A stretch of 64,000 nt of DNA. Source: a virus. Taxonomy: Duplodnaviria; Caudoviricetes. The notes under the pieces are model-generated. The model saw nothing but the letters and a program-made list of their open reading frames with translations. It did not search any database and was not told where the DNA came from. The stretch is taken from positions 78,447-142,446 of the IMG/VR virus record IMGVR_UViG_2882238243_000002. One strand, written 5' to 3'. A program made the translations under genes and the position numbers. Numbering within the stretch: the first letter of the stretch is position 1; every line of letters begins with the position of its first letter. Of the stretch, positions 1 through 9,307 are shown in pieces.

Positions 1-167
1 AATTAACGCCACACATGATGAGACATGAATATACCACTATATTACAAAGAGAAACGAATGATCCAACGTTCGTACAGGAGCAAGGAAGGTGGAAGTCTGA
101 TAAGGTTATGAGGTCTGTATATGATAGTGGGGCAAGTAGGTCTTTGGGTAAACTGGCAAATATGTAA
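1..167 (+). CDS. Tyrosine recombinase/integrase, C-terminal fragment (truncated by window start)
   Basis: Frame 3 reads LTPHMMRHEYTTILQRETNDPTFVQEQGRWKSDKVMRSVYDSG...NM*: H-x-x-R box, W at the H/W position and a catalytic Tyr candidate (VY). Not in the ORF track. Confidence 0.8.
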   Translation, partial: LTPHMMRHEYTTILQRETNDPTFVQEQGRWKSDKVMRSVYDSGASRSLGKLANM

Positions 168-255
168 ACATAAGAATTGTGTGTTTCATAGAGAATGGAT
201 TTGTGATAAAATTGAAAGAGAATTAAAAAGAATGCAAGGACGGAGCCGGTTTACC

Positions 256-435
256 ATGAAGAAAATTTTAGACTACACAATTAATAAAGATGATATGGCA
301 AAGATGGACGATAGAGAAGTGGCAGAATTGTTAATGTACACCGATAGAGATAGAAAAGAATTAGAAGTTGCCGAGAAAATATATTGGTGGTGTGTTGAAG
401 AAATTAATCGAAGAGAAGATGAGGTGGTTTCATGA
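256..435 (+). CDS. Hypothetical protein
   Basis: ORF track 121..435; ATG at 256 after GGAG is the more likely start. Confidence 0.5.
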   Translation: MKKILDYTINKDDMAKMDDREVAELLMYTDRDRKELEVAEKIYWWCVEEINRREDEVVS

Positions 436-629
436 AATGCACATTAGAAGAGGATGTTAATACTTGTCAATTCTTCAAAAGAGAGGTTCACACATGAAAT
501 GAAGGTAAATGTTCTTTTCAGGAAGAAGACGAAACAAACGTAAACGGAGAATATACAAGAGATAAGCGTTGGTATGAGCAATATTACAAGAAGAAAGATT
601 GATTTCAAGTGAAGAGGAGGATTTAACAT

Positions 630-851
630 ATGGAAACTATTTTGTATGGGGAGCATAGCGTGTGGAAATTTTTAAAAAAAGATAGATATACCAAAGAAGG
701 AATAAAGAAAACAGAACAGATTTATGATTTTCTTCAAAAGATGAAAGAAGATGTGGGTGTTGACAGAATGAGAGAATTGTTTGATATGTGGAATGAATAT
801 AGTGATGAGACATTTTGGATTTTATCAAACATTACTCATGATAATGAATAG
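630..851 (+). CDS. Hypothetical protein
   Basis: ORF with GAGGAGG RBS. Confidence 0.65.
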   Translation: METILYGEHSVWKFLKKDRYTKEGIKKTEQIYDFLQKMKEDVGVDRMRELFDMWNEYSDETFWILSNITHDNE

Positions 852-879
852 CAGTTAAAAGCCAGATTAATAGGAGGAA

Positions 880-1038
880 ATGATGGAAAAATTTATGAAC
901 GAACCAATCCCATATGAGCGGACTAATAAAGACATTATTCAGGAATATGAAAAGTGCCAAGATAAAAAGAAAGTGGCTGTCATATGGGGAATTAGTGTAA
1001 AAGAAGTTGATGAGATATTAAAACAAGAGAAGACTTGA
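880..1038 (+). CDS. Small hypothetical protein
   Basis: 52-aa ORF after AGGAGG, read by eye. Confidence 0.5.
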   Translation: MMEKFMNEPIPYERTNKDIIQEYEKCQDKKKVAVIWGISVKEVDEILKQEKT

Positions 1039-1049
1039 GGTGATGTTAT

Positions 1050-1205
1050 ATGAAAGTAAAGAGAAATAATCCGGAGTGGTGTTGTCAACAGATTGAGGAT
1101 AAAATACAAGATTATAAAATAAGTATAACTGAAACAGAAAACGAAGATGTAAGAAGGCAATTAGAAATTATTGTTGAGGACTTAGAAGAAATATTATATG
1201 GATGA
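1050..1205 (+). CDS. Small hypothetical protein
   Basis: 51-aa ORF after GAGGTG; its TGA stop forms the left arm of the repeat site at 1203. Confidence 0.5.
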   Translation: MKVKRNNPEWCCQQIEDKIQDYKISITETENEDVRRQLEIIVEDLEEILYG

Positions 1206-1583
1206 AATGCTGTTTTCAAATTAAAAATTATTCAGGAGGATAATATGAATATGGATAGTAAGATTAATAATTTATTATATTTAGAAACAATCATAACAAA
1301 CCTGATACACCGTGAAATTGAAGAATTATTAAGAGGAAAAGAATCGGATAGTCAAAAACTTAAAGAAAGTATTATATACCAAATAGATGACAGACTGAAT
1401 ACACGATAAAATCAACTTTAAAAAGAAATTCATGTAAAAAGAAGTTAGAAGATATGGAATATGAGGTGAGCTTTTCTCCAGATAATTATGAATTAGTGAT
1501 ACGAAAATTTGATATGATAGACAAGCATTGAATAAAATCTTTGTTTGTGGTTGGAGAATAATAAACGTAAAGAGGTAAGGTAG

Positions 1584-1835
1584 ATGAAATTAAATTTTAG
1601 CTTGAAGAATAAGGAAGCAAGTTTAGAAGCAGATGTTGAAGGGGTTATTGAAAAAGGTTTCGAGCATAGGGCTAAAAATCCTAATAGAAAAACTCGACAT
1701 CAGATCAAACAAGAAGAAAAACGGTTGAATGAAGAATTAAAACAGAAAAAGTTAATTCAGGGTATGCTGCTGATGATGGGACTCATTGTTTTTGCTCTAA
1801 TTATCTGCGCAATCGGATCTGCGTTGAATTGGTAG
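1584..1835 (+). CDS. Small membrane protein
   Basis: C-terminal hydrophobic helix (GMLLMMGLIVFALIICAIG). Confidence 0.6.
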   Translation: MKLNFSLKNKEASLEADVEGVIEKGFEHRAKNPNRKTRHQIKQEEKRLNEELKQKKLIQGMLLMMGLIVFALIICAIGSALNW

Positions 1836-2291
1836 AAAAGATGTGAGAATTAGTGGTAAGATACAATGAAAGGATAGTTTCGTGGGAGGTGATGTTGTGG
1901 GATTTGATATGTACCTGATTAAGGTGGACAAAAATAAGATAAGAAATTTAGAAGAACCTTTGTGGCAAGAAATTCAAGATGCAACGATTGATGAAGTAGA
2001 TAACTATTATCCTGTTTTACATGATTTTTATTAGGATCATGATGATTTACAATGGATATATGAAGAATATAATCTCTTATCGGAAATCAGTTTGACTGAA
2101 ATAATTGAGTGGTTAAAAGAGAAAATAAAAACAAAAAAAACTTTGGTTTAGATAGTAGCGAAGAAAGAATGACTAAAATGGTTTATGAAAATATAAAAGA
2201 TTGGATTCCTCTAAAAGAAAATGAGATTGTTTATTTTGAGGAAGATAGCTAATAAAAGAGAAATCTCTTTTGGAAAGGAGAATAAGTAATT

Positions 2292-2504
2292 ATGGACAAT
2301 AAAAAATGCATTGAGATTTTAGAAACTTTAAAATGCGACTTAGATGACAATTGGGACAAATCAGACCCTGAAATAATTCAAATTATAAATAGATATTTTT
2401 CCGCTATTGATCATGCGATTATCAGTTTATCAAGTAAGAATATGGTAGGAGAACTGATTATTGAAGACAAAAAATATATTATTTGTGGACAAGAATTGAG
2501 TTGA
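2292..2504 (+). CDS. Hypothetical protein
   Basis: ORF with AAGGAG RBS. Confidence 0.55.
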   Translation: MDNKKCIEILETLKCDLDDNWDKSDPEIIQIINRYFSAIDHAIISLSSKNMVGELIIEDKKYIICGQELS

Positions 2505-2529
2505 TGATTTACTAGATAGGAGGGCTTGT

Positions 2530-3105
2530 ATGAGCGTGGAAATGCAAATTGCTTTATTGGGTATCATAGGCACCCTTGTAGGTACAGTATTAGGTTGGTT
2601 TTTAAATAATCTGTCACAGCGAGGAAAACTTAATATATATGTTTCATCTTGGAAAGATAAATTCGAGTACAATCATATTGGAACAATGGTTCCTAGTTCA
2701 AGCATCGAACAGACTGAAAGTTATTCATACAGATTAGCACTCGATTTATATAACGATAGTGGTGAAACAAAGATAATGAGAAATGTTGAAATTGTATTTG
2801 CTAAAAACAAAGAGGTATTGTATTGCAGTGTTCCCAAAGATGAAGCAACTGGGCGAACAAGCCATCCGATGGCATATTATGATGATGTATTACCTATAAA
2901 CATCCCACCAAAGACTGTTTTACATATAGAACTCTTCAAAGGGGTTTGGAAAAGTAATACCTCACTTGATTTTATTTGGAAAACTACTTCGGTATTTTTG
3001 AGATATGTAAACGAGAATAATAAAAAAGTAAGTGTTATGATTAATAAAGTAAACTACAAGGATTATTTTATTCATCATAAGACAGATGAGCAAGATAATG
3101 AATAA
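2530..3105 (+). CDS. Membrane-anchored hypothetical protein
   Basis: N-terminal TM helix (IALLGIIGTLVGTVLGWFL); TAA stop is the left arm of site 3103. Confidence 0.65.
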   Translation: MSVEMQIALLGIIGTLVGTVLGWFLNNLSQRGKLNIYVSSWKDKFEYNHIGTMVPSSSIEQTESYSYRLALDLYNDSGETKIMRNVEIVFAKNKEVLYCSVPKDEATGRTSHPMAYYDDVLPINIPPKTVLHIELFKGVWKSNTSLDFIWKTTSVFLRYVNENNKKVSVMINKVNYKDYFIHHKTDEQDNE

Positions 3106-3135
3106 AAGTTCAGTTTCAATACGGGAGGGATAAAT

Positions 3136-3360
3136 ATGGATTGGAATAAAGTAAATCTAAGAAGTAAAGATAAAAATTTACCACAAGCGGACATACCTGT
3201 AATATGGGCAACTAATGAAGAAACTCATGATGAAAAGATATTCCATAAATTTATTGGATGGCTAAGTAAGGATTGTAAATATGTGGAGTCTGGATGGAAA
3301 AGATATAGAGTAACTAGTAAATTCTGGTGGCAGGAATTGCCAGATGATCCGGAAATTTAA
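3136..3360 (+). CDS. Hypothetical protein
   Basis: ORF with GGGAGG RBS, bounded by sites 3103 and 3368. Confidence 0.6.
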   Translation: MDWNKVNLRSKDKNLPQADIPVIWATNEETHDEKIFHKFIGWLSKDCKYVESGWKRYRVTSKFWWQELPDDPEI

Positions 3361-3402
3361 TATATAATGAATGTGAAATTTCGTAGCATTGGGAGAAAGT
3401 AG

Positions 3403-4158
3403 GTGATATTTATAATTTATGTAACCGGAGATACTCATGGAGATTGGATGAGCCGTTTAAATTCTAATTCATTTCCAGAGCAAAAGGAGATGACCAAGGA
3501 TGATTATGTGATTATCTGTGGTGATTTTGGTATATGGGACAACTCCAACAGAGAAAAATATAATCTAAATTGGCTCGAAGATAAACCTTTTACAACACTG
3601 TTTGTGTCTGGAAATCATGAAAACTATGATATTCTTGACTCATTGTCAATTTCAGAATGGCACGGTGGCAACGTCAATTACATAAGACCATCAGTAATGC
3701 ACTTGATGCGTGGACAGGTTTTTAATATTGAAGGTAAGAATTTCTTTACATTTGGTGGCGCAAGTAGCCATGATATTTCAGATGGAATTTTGGAGAAAGA
3801 CGATCTCAAAATAAAAAAATGGAGAAAAGATTATTCTAAAATGTTTCGTATTAACCATGTCTCATGGTGGGAAAGAGAATTACCTTCCAACGAAGAAATG
3901 AATGAAGGAATTGCAAAACTTGCTGTTGTTAAAAATAAAGTTGATTATATTATCACTCATAGTCCATATACATGGCTATTAAAGCAGGTGGATGGTGGTA
4001 GTGGACTGTATAAACCGGATATACTGACCGATTACTTGCAAGACATCAAGCAAACTGTTGATTATAAGCATTGGATGTTTGGGCACATGCACACCAATCA
4101 AACGTTTTATTGGGAAAGAGCAAGTTGCTTATATGAACAGATTATTAGAATAGAATAA
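3403..4158 (+). CDS. Calcineurin-like metallophosphoesterase
   Basis: GDTHG, GDFG, GNHEN, THS and GHMH motifs. Confidence 0.85.
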   Translation: MIFIIYVTGDTHGDWMSRLNSNSFPEQKEMTKDDYVIICGDFGIWDNSNREKYNLNWLEDKPFTTLFVSGNHENYDILDSLSISEWHGGNVNYIRPSVMHLMRGQVFNIEGKNFFTFGGASSHDISDGILEKDDLKIKKWRKDYSKMFRINHVSWWERELPSNEEMNEGIAKLAVVKNKVDYIITHSPYTWLLKQVDGGSGLYKPDILTDYLQDIKQTVDYKHWMFGHMHTNQTFYWERASCLYEQIIRIE

Positions 4159-4212
4159 TGAAATGTCCAAACGTGAATTATAGTATTAATAAAAAAAAGA
4201 AATAAATTCCTA

Positions 4213-4241
4213 TTGAAAAAGAACAACTGTTCGATTATAAT
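4213..4241 (+). promoter_or_regulatory. SigA promoter overlapped by a LexA (Cheo/SOS) box
   Basis: TTGAAA (4213-4218), 17 bp, TATAAT (4236-4241), with GAAC-aact-GTTC at 4221-4232, directly upstream of dinB. Confidence 0.8.
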
Positions 4242-4272
4242 AACCTTATCCAATAATTTAGGAGGTGTCATT

Positions 4273-5538
4273 TTGGATAGGGTTATTTTTCATATAGATG
4301 TAAATTCCGCGTTTTTATCATGGGAAGCAGCATATCGCATTCATCATCTGGGAGGTAGATTGGATTTGCGTACAATTCCATCTGCTATCGGTGGAGATGT
4401 AAGTATGCGCCATGGTATTATTCTTGCTAAGAGCATACCAGCAAAGCCGTATGGAATTCAGACTGGAATGACGATAATGGAGGCAAAACAAAAATGCCCT
4501 AATTTATATTTGGCTCCTCCGAATTACTCTTTGTATCAGAAATGCTCGAAGGCATTTTTGACTATTTTACGTGAATATACACAAGATGTTGAGGTATACA
4601 GTATTGATGAAGCATTTCTCGATATGACAACTACAATGCACCTATATGGAGATCCTATAGATGTAGCTAATCAAATTAAGAATCGAATACGAGACGAATT
4701 AGGATTTACTGTGAATATTGGAATTTCATCTAATAAACTTCTGGCAAAGATGGCAGGTGATTTCAAGAAGCCAGATTTAGTTCATACACTTTTCCCGGAA
4801 GAAATTGAGAAGAAAATGTGGGTATTGCCAGTATCAGAACTATTTTTCTGTGGTCGAGCTACCACAAAGAAATTATTGAACTTTGGTATTAATACAATAG
4901 GAGATTTAGCGCATACTGATATAGAGTTCTTAAAAAGAAATTTAAAAAAGCAAGGTGAAATAATGTGGAACTTTGCGAATGGACTTGATTTTTCTGCTGT
5001 AATATCAGAAACGCCAAAACAAAAGGGGTATGGAAATTCTACCACCACTCAGTTTGATGTAAAAGATGCTGAGACAGCTCAAAAGGTGTTATTAGCATTG
5101 TGTGAAACTGTAGCTGCTAGATTGCGAAAAGATGATTTCCAAGCACAAGTAATATCTGTTGGCGTTAAGAGTTCCGATTTAAGTTATGCAAGTCATCAGA
5201 TGATTATGAAAAGTCCAACGAATATTACAAATGAATTATATTATTATTCTTGCAAGCTATTTCTTGAATTATGGGATAAACAAACTCCTATACGACATCT
5301 TGCGGTTCACACCAGTTCTTTAACATCTGAGTTTGGTTCCCGACAGCTTAACTTATTCGACGTAACTGATTATATAAGGTTAGAAACGTTAGATAAGACA
5401 GTAGATATTATCAGAACAAGATATGGTAATGATGCGGTTAAACGAGCAGTATTTATTCAAACGCCAATTGACCATATGGAGGGTGGAGTGTCTAGAGAAA
5501 AGCGTACAGTAGATTATTCAAAGATTAACGTTGTCTGA
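4273..5538 (+). CDS. dinB: Y-family DNA polymerase IV (DinB/UvrX-like)
   Basis: IFHIDVNSAF, YSIDEAFLD and NKLLAKMA motifs; TTG start at 4273 after GGAGGTG. Confidence 0.9.
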   Translation: MDRVIFHIDVNSAFLSWEAAYRIHHLGGRLDLRTIPSAIGGDVSMRHGIILAKSIPAKPYGIQTGMTIMEAKQKCPNLYLAPPNYSLYQKCSKAFLTILREYTQDVEVYSIDEAFLDMTTTMHLYGDPIDVANQIKNRIRDELGFTVNIGISSNKLLAKMAGDFKKPDLVHTLFPEEIEKKMWVLPVSELFFCGRATTKKLLNFGINTIGDLAHTDIEFLKRNLKKQGEIMWNFANGLDFSAVISETPKQKGYGNSTTTQFDVKDAETAQKVLLALCETVAARLRKDDFQAQVISVGVKSSDLSYASHQMIMKSPTNITNELYYYSCKLFLELWDKQTPIRHLAVHTSSLTSEFGSRQLNLFDVTDYIRLETLDKTVDIIRTRYGNDAVKRAVFIQTPIDHMEGGVSREKRTVDYSKINVV

Positions 5539-5549
5539 TTCAAAGGAAG

Positions 5550-5870
5550 GTGATTTTTGTGGGAATGGGCATCGGAATAAATGATACAATTACCGATGAA
5601 GGTGTGATAAAGGGGCATCAAGAAGAAGTGGCTTGTGATGCGTGGTTTACAGCTAGCGGCAGAATAATTATTCGCCTTATAAAACAAAAGAAAAAAGACG
5701 AAAGTATAGTTGAAATAGATAATATTCGTGTACTTTCATCATCTAAAAAGAACTTTTGTGGTATTCAAACGATAGAATTTATATGCGAAGCAGTTGTTGA
5801 AGGTTTTATGAAAAGATTTAAGCTGTTCTTTTACACAGAAGAACAAATATGGAGGATGATAATGTTGTAA
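5550..5870 (+). CDS. Hypothetical protein in the DinB operon
   Basis: ORF tightly between dinB and the SRAP gene. Confidence 0.6.
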   Translation: MIFVGMGIGINDTITDEGVIKGHQEEVACDAWFTASGRIIIRLIKQKKKDESIVEIDNIRVLSSSKKNFCGIQTIEFICEAVVEGFMKRFKLFFYTEEQIWRMIML

Positions 5871-5889
5871 TAAATAAGGAGGTGTAAAA

Positions 5890-6477
5890 ATGTGTGGACG
5901 ATATTATGTTGATGATAATACAGCCAAAGAAATTGAAAGATTGCTTCAAAAATTAGACAATCGATTAAAGGTAGCACATAAATCAGGAGATGTATATCCA
6001 ACTAACAGTGCAATGATTGTCAAAGGAGAAAATGAGAAGCTGATTTTAGATGAAATGATTTGGGGTTTCCCACAATATCAGAAAAAAGGTGTTATATTTA
6101 ATACAAGATCGGAGTCGGCATTAGAGAAAAAGACTTTCTCGAACAGTACACGGAGTCGTAGATGCCTAATTCCTGCAAAGGGGTTCTACGAGTGGGATAG
6201 TGTAAAAAATAAAATTTCTTTTGAGCGTCAAGATGGAGATACTATGCTACTGGCTGGTATTTGGAATAATTTTGGATTGGATAGAAGATTTACAATTTTA
6301 ACAACTGATGCAAATGAAACGATGCATCAGATACATGATAGGATGCCTTTAATAATCGAACCTGAAGAAGCAGAAACGTGGTTGTTTGATGAAAGTTGTG
6401 TAGAGTTTATGCTGAATAAAATACCATGTAATTTAGCAATTGTTGAAGGAAATTATCAGCAAAAACTAGATTTATAA
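5890..6477 (+). CDS. SOS response-associated peptidase (SRAP/HMCES family)
   Basis: N-terminal MCGRY, RCLIPAKGFYEW, IHDRMP. Confidence 0.9.
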   Translation: MCGRYYVDDNTAKEIERLLQKLDNRLKVAHKSGDVYPTNSAMIVKGENEKLILDEMIWGFPQYQKKGVIFNTRSESALEKKTFSNSTRSRRCLIPAKGFYEWDSVKNKISFERQDGDTMLLAGIWNNFGLDRRFTILTTDANETMHQIHDRMPLIIEPEEAETWLFDESCVEFMLNKIPCNLAIVEGNYQQKLDL

Positions 6478-6492
6478 TAATGTTTGATGAAG

Positions 6493-6528
6493 AAAAAGAC
6501 GATAGAAATTATTCACTATCGTCTTTTT
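6493..6528. terminator. Bidirectional intrinsic terminator
   Basis: AAAAAGACGATAG / CTATCGTCTTTTT inverted repeat between convergent genes. Confidence 0.75.
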
Positions 6529-6772
6529 TATTTTGTTTATTTAACATAAAATATGCCATTAAGCGATTTAATCGAGGATCATCTGAAACCATAATTTCAT
6601 TTGGTGTGCATTCGAGTTCGAGACAGATTGCTTCGAGTATTTCCAGCTTTATGCTAGTTGATTCGCCATTATATATTTTATCTACGGTCTTGTAAGTAAC
6701 GTCAATACGTTTTGCCAACTCATACCTGGTTATTCCTTTATTATCTAACTTATCTTTAATATTTAAACGCAT
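6509..6772 (-). CDS. XRE/Cro-C1 HTH transcriptional regulator
   Basis: ITRYELAKRIDVTYKTVDKIYNG...LEAICLELECTPNEI. Confidence 0.85.
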   Translation of the reverse strand: MRLNIKDKLDNKGITRYELAKRIDVTYKTVDKIYNGESTSIKLEILEAICLELECTPNEIMVSDDPRLNRLMAYFMLNKQNKKDDSE

Positions 6773-6810
6773 GTTGATATCTCTCCTTGTCCATGACTAT
6801 ACATACTAGT

Positions 6811-6903
6811 GTACATATAGATAATATCATACATATAGGAAAATAAATATAGGAAATATTTTACTTATAGTTACTTGACAACCTATATGTACTTGTGTAT
6901 AAT
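6811..6903. promoter_or_regulatory. Divergent promoter region with operator-like repeats
   Basis: TTGACA (6875-6880), 17 bp, TATAAT (6898-6903); GTACATATAG at 6811, ACATATAGG at 6831, inverse CCTATATGTAC at 6882. Confidence 0.65.
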
Positions 6904-6945
6904 ATGAAATATAAAGGCACTAATCAGAGAGGAGGATGCGTAAAT

Positions 6946-7308
6946 ATGACACATAATTTAAAAAGGTTTGATATTGTTCTTGTTGATTATGGAATAGAAG
7001 TAATAGGCTCGGAGCAGGGCGGAATACGTCCATCTATTATTATACAAAATGATATGGGTAATATACATAGCAGCACAACTATTGTAATGCCATTAACAAA
7101 ACAAATCAAACGCCTCAACCAACCAACGCATACTCTCATTACAAAAGGAGAAGGCAAAGGAATAGTTGAAGATTCTATGGTTTTAGGAGAATGTATGAGA
7201 CAAGTATCAGAAAAAAGAATTATCAAATATCTTGGTTCTATAACTGAAATTAATGAGAAAAGAAGAATTAAGCGTGTATATGACGCTAATTTTGGAGAGG
7301 TGGCATAA
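6946..7308 (+). CDS. PemK/MazF-family endoribonuclease-like protein
   Basis: KRFDIVLVD, GSEQGGIRPSIIIQNDMGN, TTIVMPLT motifs; ATG 6946 after GGAGG. Confidence 0.85.
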   Translation: MTHNLKRFDIVLVDYGIEVIGSEQGGIRPSIIIQNDMGNIHSSTTIVMPLTKQIKRLNQPTHTLITKGEGKGIVEDSMVLGECMRQVSEKRIIKYLGSITEINEKRRIKRVYDANFGEVA

Positions 7309-7587
7309 GTGCAATATATAATGATGAGTATGGAAGAGGCAAAAAAGGTTGCTAAGGACGATGCAATTGTCTTGCTCGCTGTTTCTAATTTAGAAACAGA
7401 TGATTGTAACACAGAATTTAAAAAGAGGAATTTTAGGGATTGTGAGAAACTTATTCAAGAAGCTGAAACAATAGCAAGGGTATATGATGATTTTGTCAAT
7501 CAGTTAAGAGTTTTTACAGCAAAGCAGGTTGATGTAATTAATTATGAACCGCGAGGTAAGTTAAGTACTATACTTCTTCGAGAATAA
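7309..7587 (+). CDS. Hypothetical protein
   Basis: ORF coupled to the MazF-like gene. Confidence 0.6.
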   Translation: MQYIMMSMEEAKKVAKDDAIVLLAVSNLETDDCNTEFKKRNFRDCEKLIQEAETIARVYDDFVNQLRVFTAKQVDVINYEPRGKLSTILLRE

Positions 7588-7638
7588 AATTCGTGACAAT
7601 TACCAAACTTACATATAAACATATGTTTGCTTTTGGTA

Positions 7639-7668
7639 TTGACTAGAACGCGTGTTCGGATATATAAT
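7639..7668 (+). promoter_or_regulatory. SigA-type promoter with LexA box
   Basis: TTGACT (7639-7644), GAAC-gcgt-GTTC (7646-7657), TATAAT (7663-7668). Confidence 0.7.
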
Positions 7669-7990
7669 AGTAAACAAGTCACGCAAAAAGAAAGAAGGCT
7701 AATCTTTTCATCGGTGTTGGCGCACCTCCAAGATTGAACCTTCTTTCAAATTACACATATATAACATAATACACGTCAGAATTGACGCAAATTATGAAAC
7801 ATAGCAGAAAAGCTATGTCTAAGCACATTTTACATACTTTCACTTGATTCGTCAAGTAAATTCTTGTGTTAAGGCAGTTCTGCTATAAAATCCCAATTAC
7901 AAAAAGAGAATAAGTAAGTGAGAGCTAAAGTAATAGAAATTACTTTGGTGTGATATTTTGTTGTCAAAAATCAAAAAAGGAGAAAAATAC

Positions 7991-8599
7991 ATGGCAGATT
8001 ATGTTATTACAGATGGTTCACGATGGATTATGAAAGACCGAAAAGGCAAATATGTTCCTACGTCATGTGAGACTTTTGCTGACCTTTACACCCAGAGACA
8101 GGCAAATGCGTTGTACAATAATTCTCTTCCTAAAGCACTGAAAACAGTATTTCGTGTAGAGAAGGTGGACAAACCACCGTCTCTAGTAAAGCAAGCAACT
8201 ATCAAGGATACTACATACAATACTGAAAAGGTTATGGTTGCTGATAATATCCAGAAGTGGTTGGACAAGGTATCTGACCTAAATGGGTTGGCTAATGATG
8301 CATTACATAGGAAAGAGGAATTATTAAAGCAATTAAGTGAAATAGACAAAGAGTTGTCCGATATTTCGCACTACATAGAGTTCGTAAATCTTAATGCAGC
8401 ACAGGGTTACATGACATATAAGATGATAAAGGATAGACGCATAAAACGTAGAAGTGTCAAAAATGAATTGGAAGTATTGGCTATTATACTTGGTAAAAAG
8501 ATTTCGGAAACAGCGACTGATGAAATTCAAAAGTGCGTGGCTGGAATGGATGTCAGACAATATGAGCCTAGAATTATGAAAGAGCTGTTTGATTTATGA
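7991..8599 (+). CDS. Hypothetical coiled-coil phage protein
   Basis: ATG 7991 after AAGGAG. Confidence 0.65.
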   Translation: MADYVITDGSRWIMKDRKGKYVPTSCETFADLYTQRQANALYNNSLPKALKTVFRVEKVDKPPSLVKQATIKDTTYNTEKVMVADNIQKWLDKVSDLNGLANDALHRKEELLKQLSEIDKELSDISHYIEFVNLNAAQGYMTYKMIKDRRIKRRSVKNELEVLAIILGKKISETATDEIQKCVAGMDVRQYEPRIMKELFDL

Positions 8600-8634
8600 A
8601 TAATTCAATGAAAAATTAGTGGGTGGGTGTGACA

Positions 8635-9291
8635 ATGAATAATATGCAAAAACAACAAAACAAGGGAAAATACTCTGAAACAGAAATTAAGATTATTGAA
8701 GAGTATTGTGATAATGAACTGTATATATTGAAAAAAATATGTGATCCTATAATTTTCAAAAAAGGTGTTCCACAAATGTACCACGATGATTTATATGCTC
8801 TTGCGGTAGACACGCTAGATGATAGTGTAAAGCGTTATGACGCCACTAAGGACTGCCAGTTTAAGACTTTTCTTACGGGAAACATTAAACGAACCTTTTA
8901 TGATTGGACAAGAGACAATACACGTTGGAAACGTTGTAATCTGCAAACAAACGAAGAGGGGAATATTGTAAAAGATGAAAATAATAATCCTATCATTATT
9001 CCTAATATTTCAATTGATGCTCCCACCGATGACGGAATTGATTTAAGTGAAAAAGTAGCGTCATCATTTAAAGTAGAGGACGAGCTATCAGAAGAAATTG
9101 GACTTTCATCTAATGACAAAATTGAAAAGTACCTAGAAAAGTTATCTAAAGTACAAAGACAAATTGTATTATTCTTGTCTGATGGATACTCCCAGGAAGA
9201 TATTAGAGAATTATTACATATAAGCAAAAAAGAATATTCAGATAACATGCTTACCATAAGAGCGTATGAAAACGTAAAAATATTATATTAA
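8635..9291 (+). CDS. Phage sigma-70 family (SigH/ECF-like) sigma factor
   Basis: Region-2-like DDLYALAVDTL..YDATKDCQFKTFL and region-4 LSKVQRQIVLFLSDGYSQEDIRELL. Confidence 0.75.
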   Translation: MNNMQKQQNKGKYSETEIKIIEEYCDNELYILKKICDPIIFKKGVPQMYHDDLYALAVDTLDDSVKRYDATKDCQFKTFLTGNIKRTFYDWTRDNTRWKRCNLQTNEEGNIVKDENNNPIIIPNISIDAPTDDGIDLSEKVASSFKVEDELSEEIGLSSNDKIEKYLEKLSKVQRQIVLFLSDGYSQEDIRELLHISKKEYSDNMLTIRAYENVKILY

Positions 9292-9307
9292 TTTGGGGGA
9301 CATAGTC

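Larger units (their letters stand above)
592..3383. repeat. Intergenic TGAAA-N6-TTTC(A/G) site array, tract 1
   Basis: Sites at 592 AGAAA-gattga-TTTCA, 1203 TGAAA-tgctgt-TTTCA, 1867 TGAAA-ggatag-TTTCG, 3103 TAAAA-gttcag-TTTCA, 3368 TGAAT-gtgaaa-TTTCG; weaker copies at 505, 856, 1533, 4167. Confidence 0.75.

Noticed and set aside
121-255. N-terminal extension of ORF 121..435
   Set aside because: It overlaps the recombinase 3' end in another frame; ATG 256 has the better RBS.
2254-2271. AAAAGAG-aaat-CTCTTTT palindrome as a cassette site
   Set aside because: Arms and spacing do not fit the 5-6-5 consensus.
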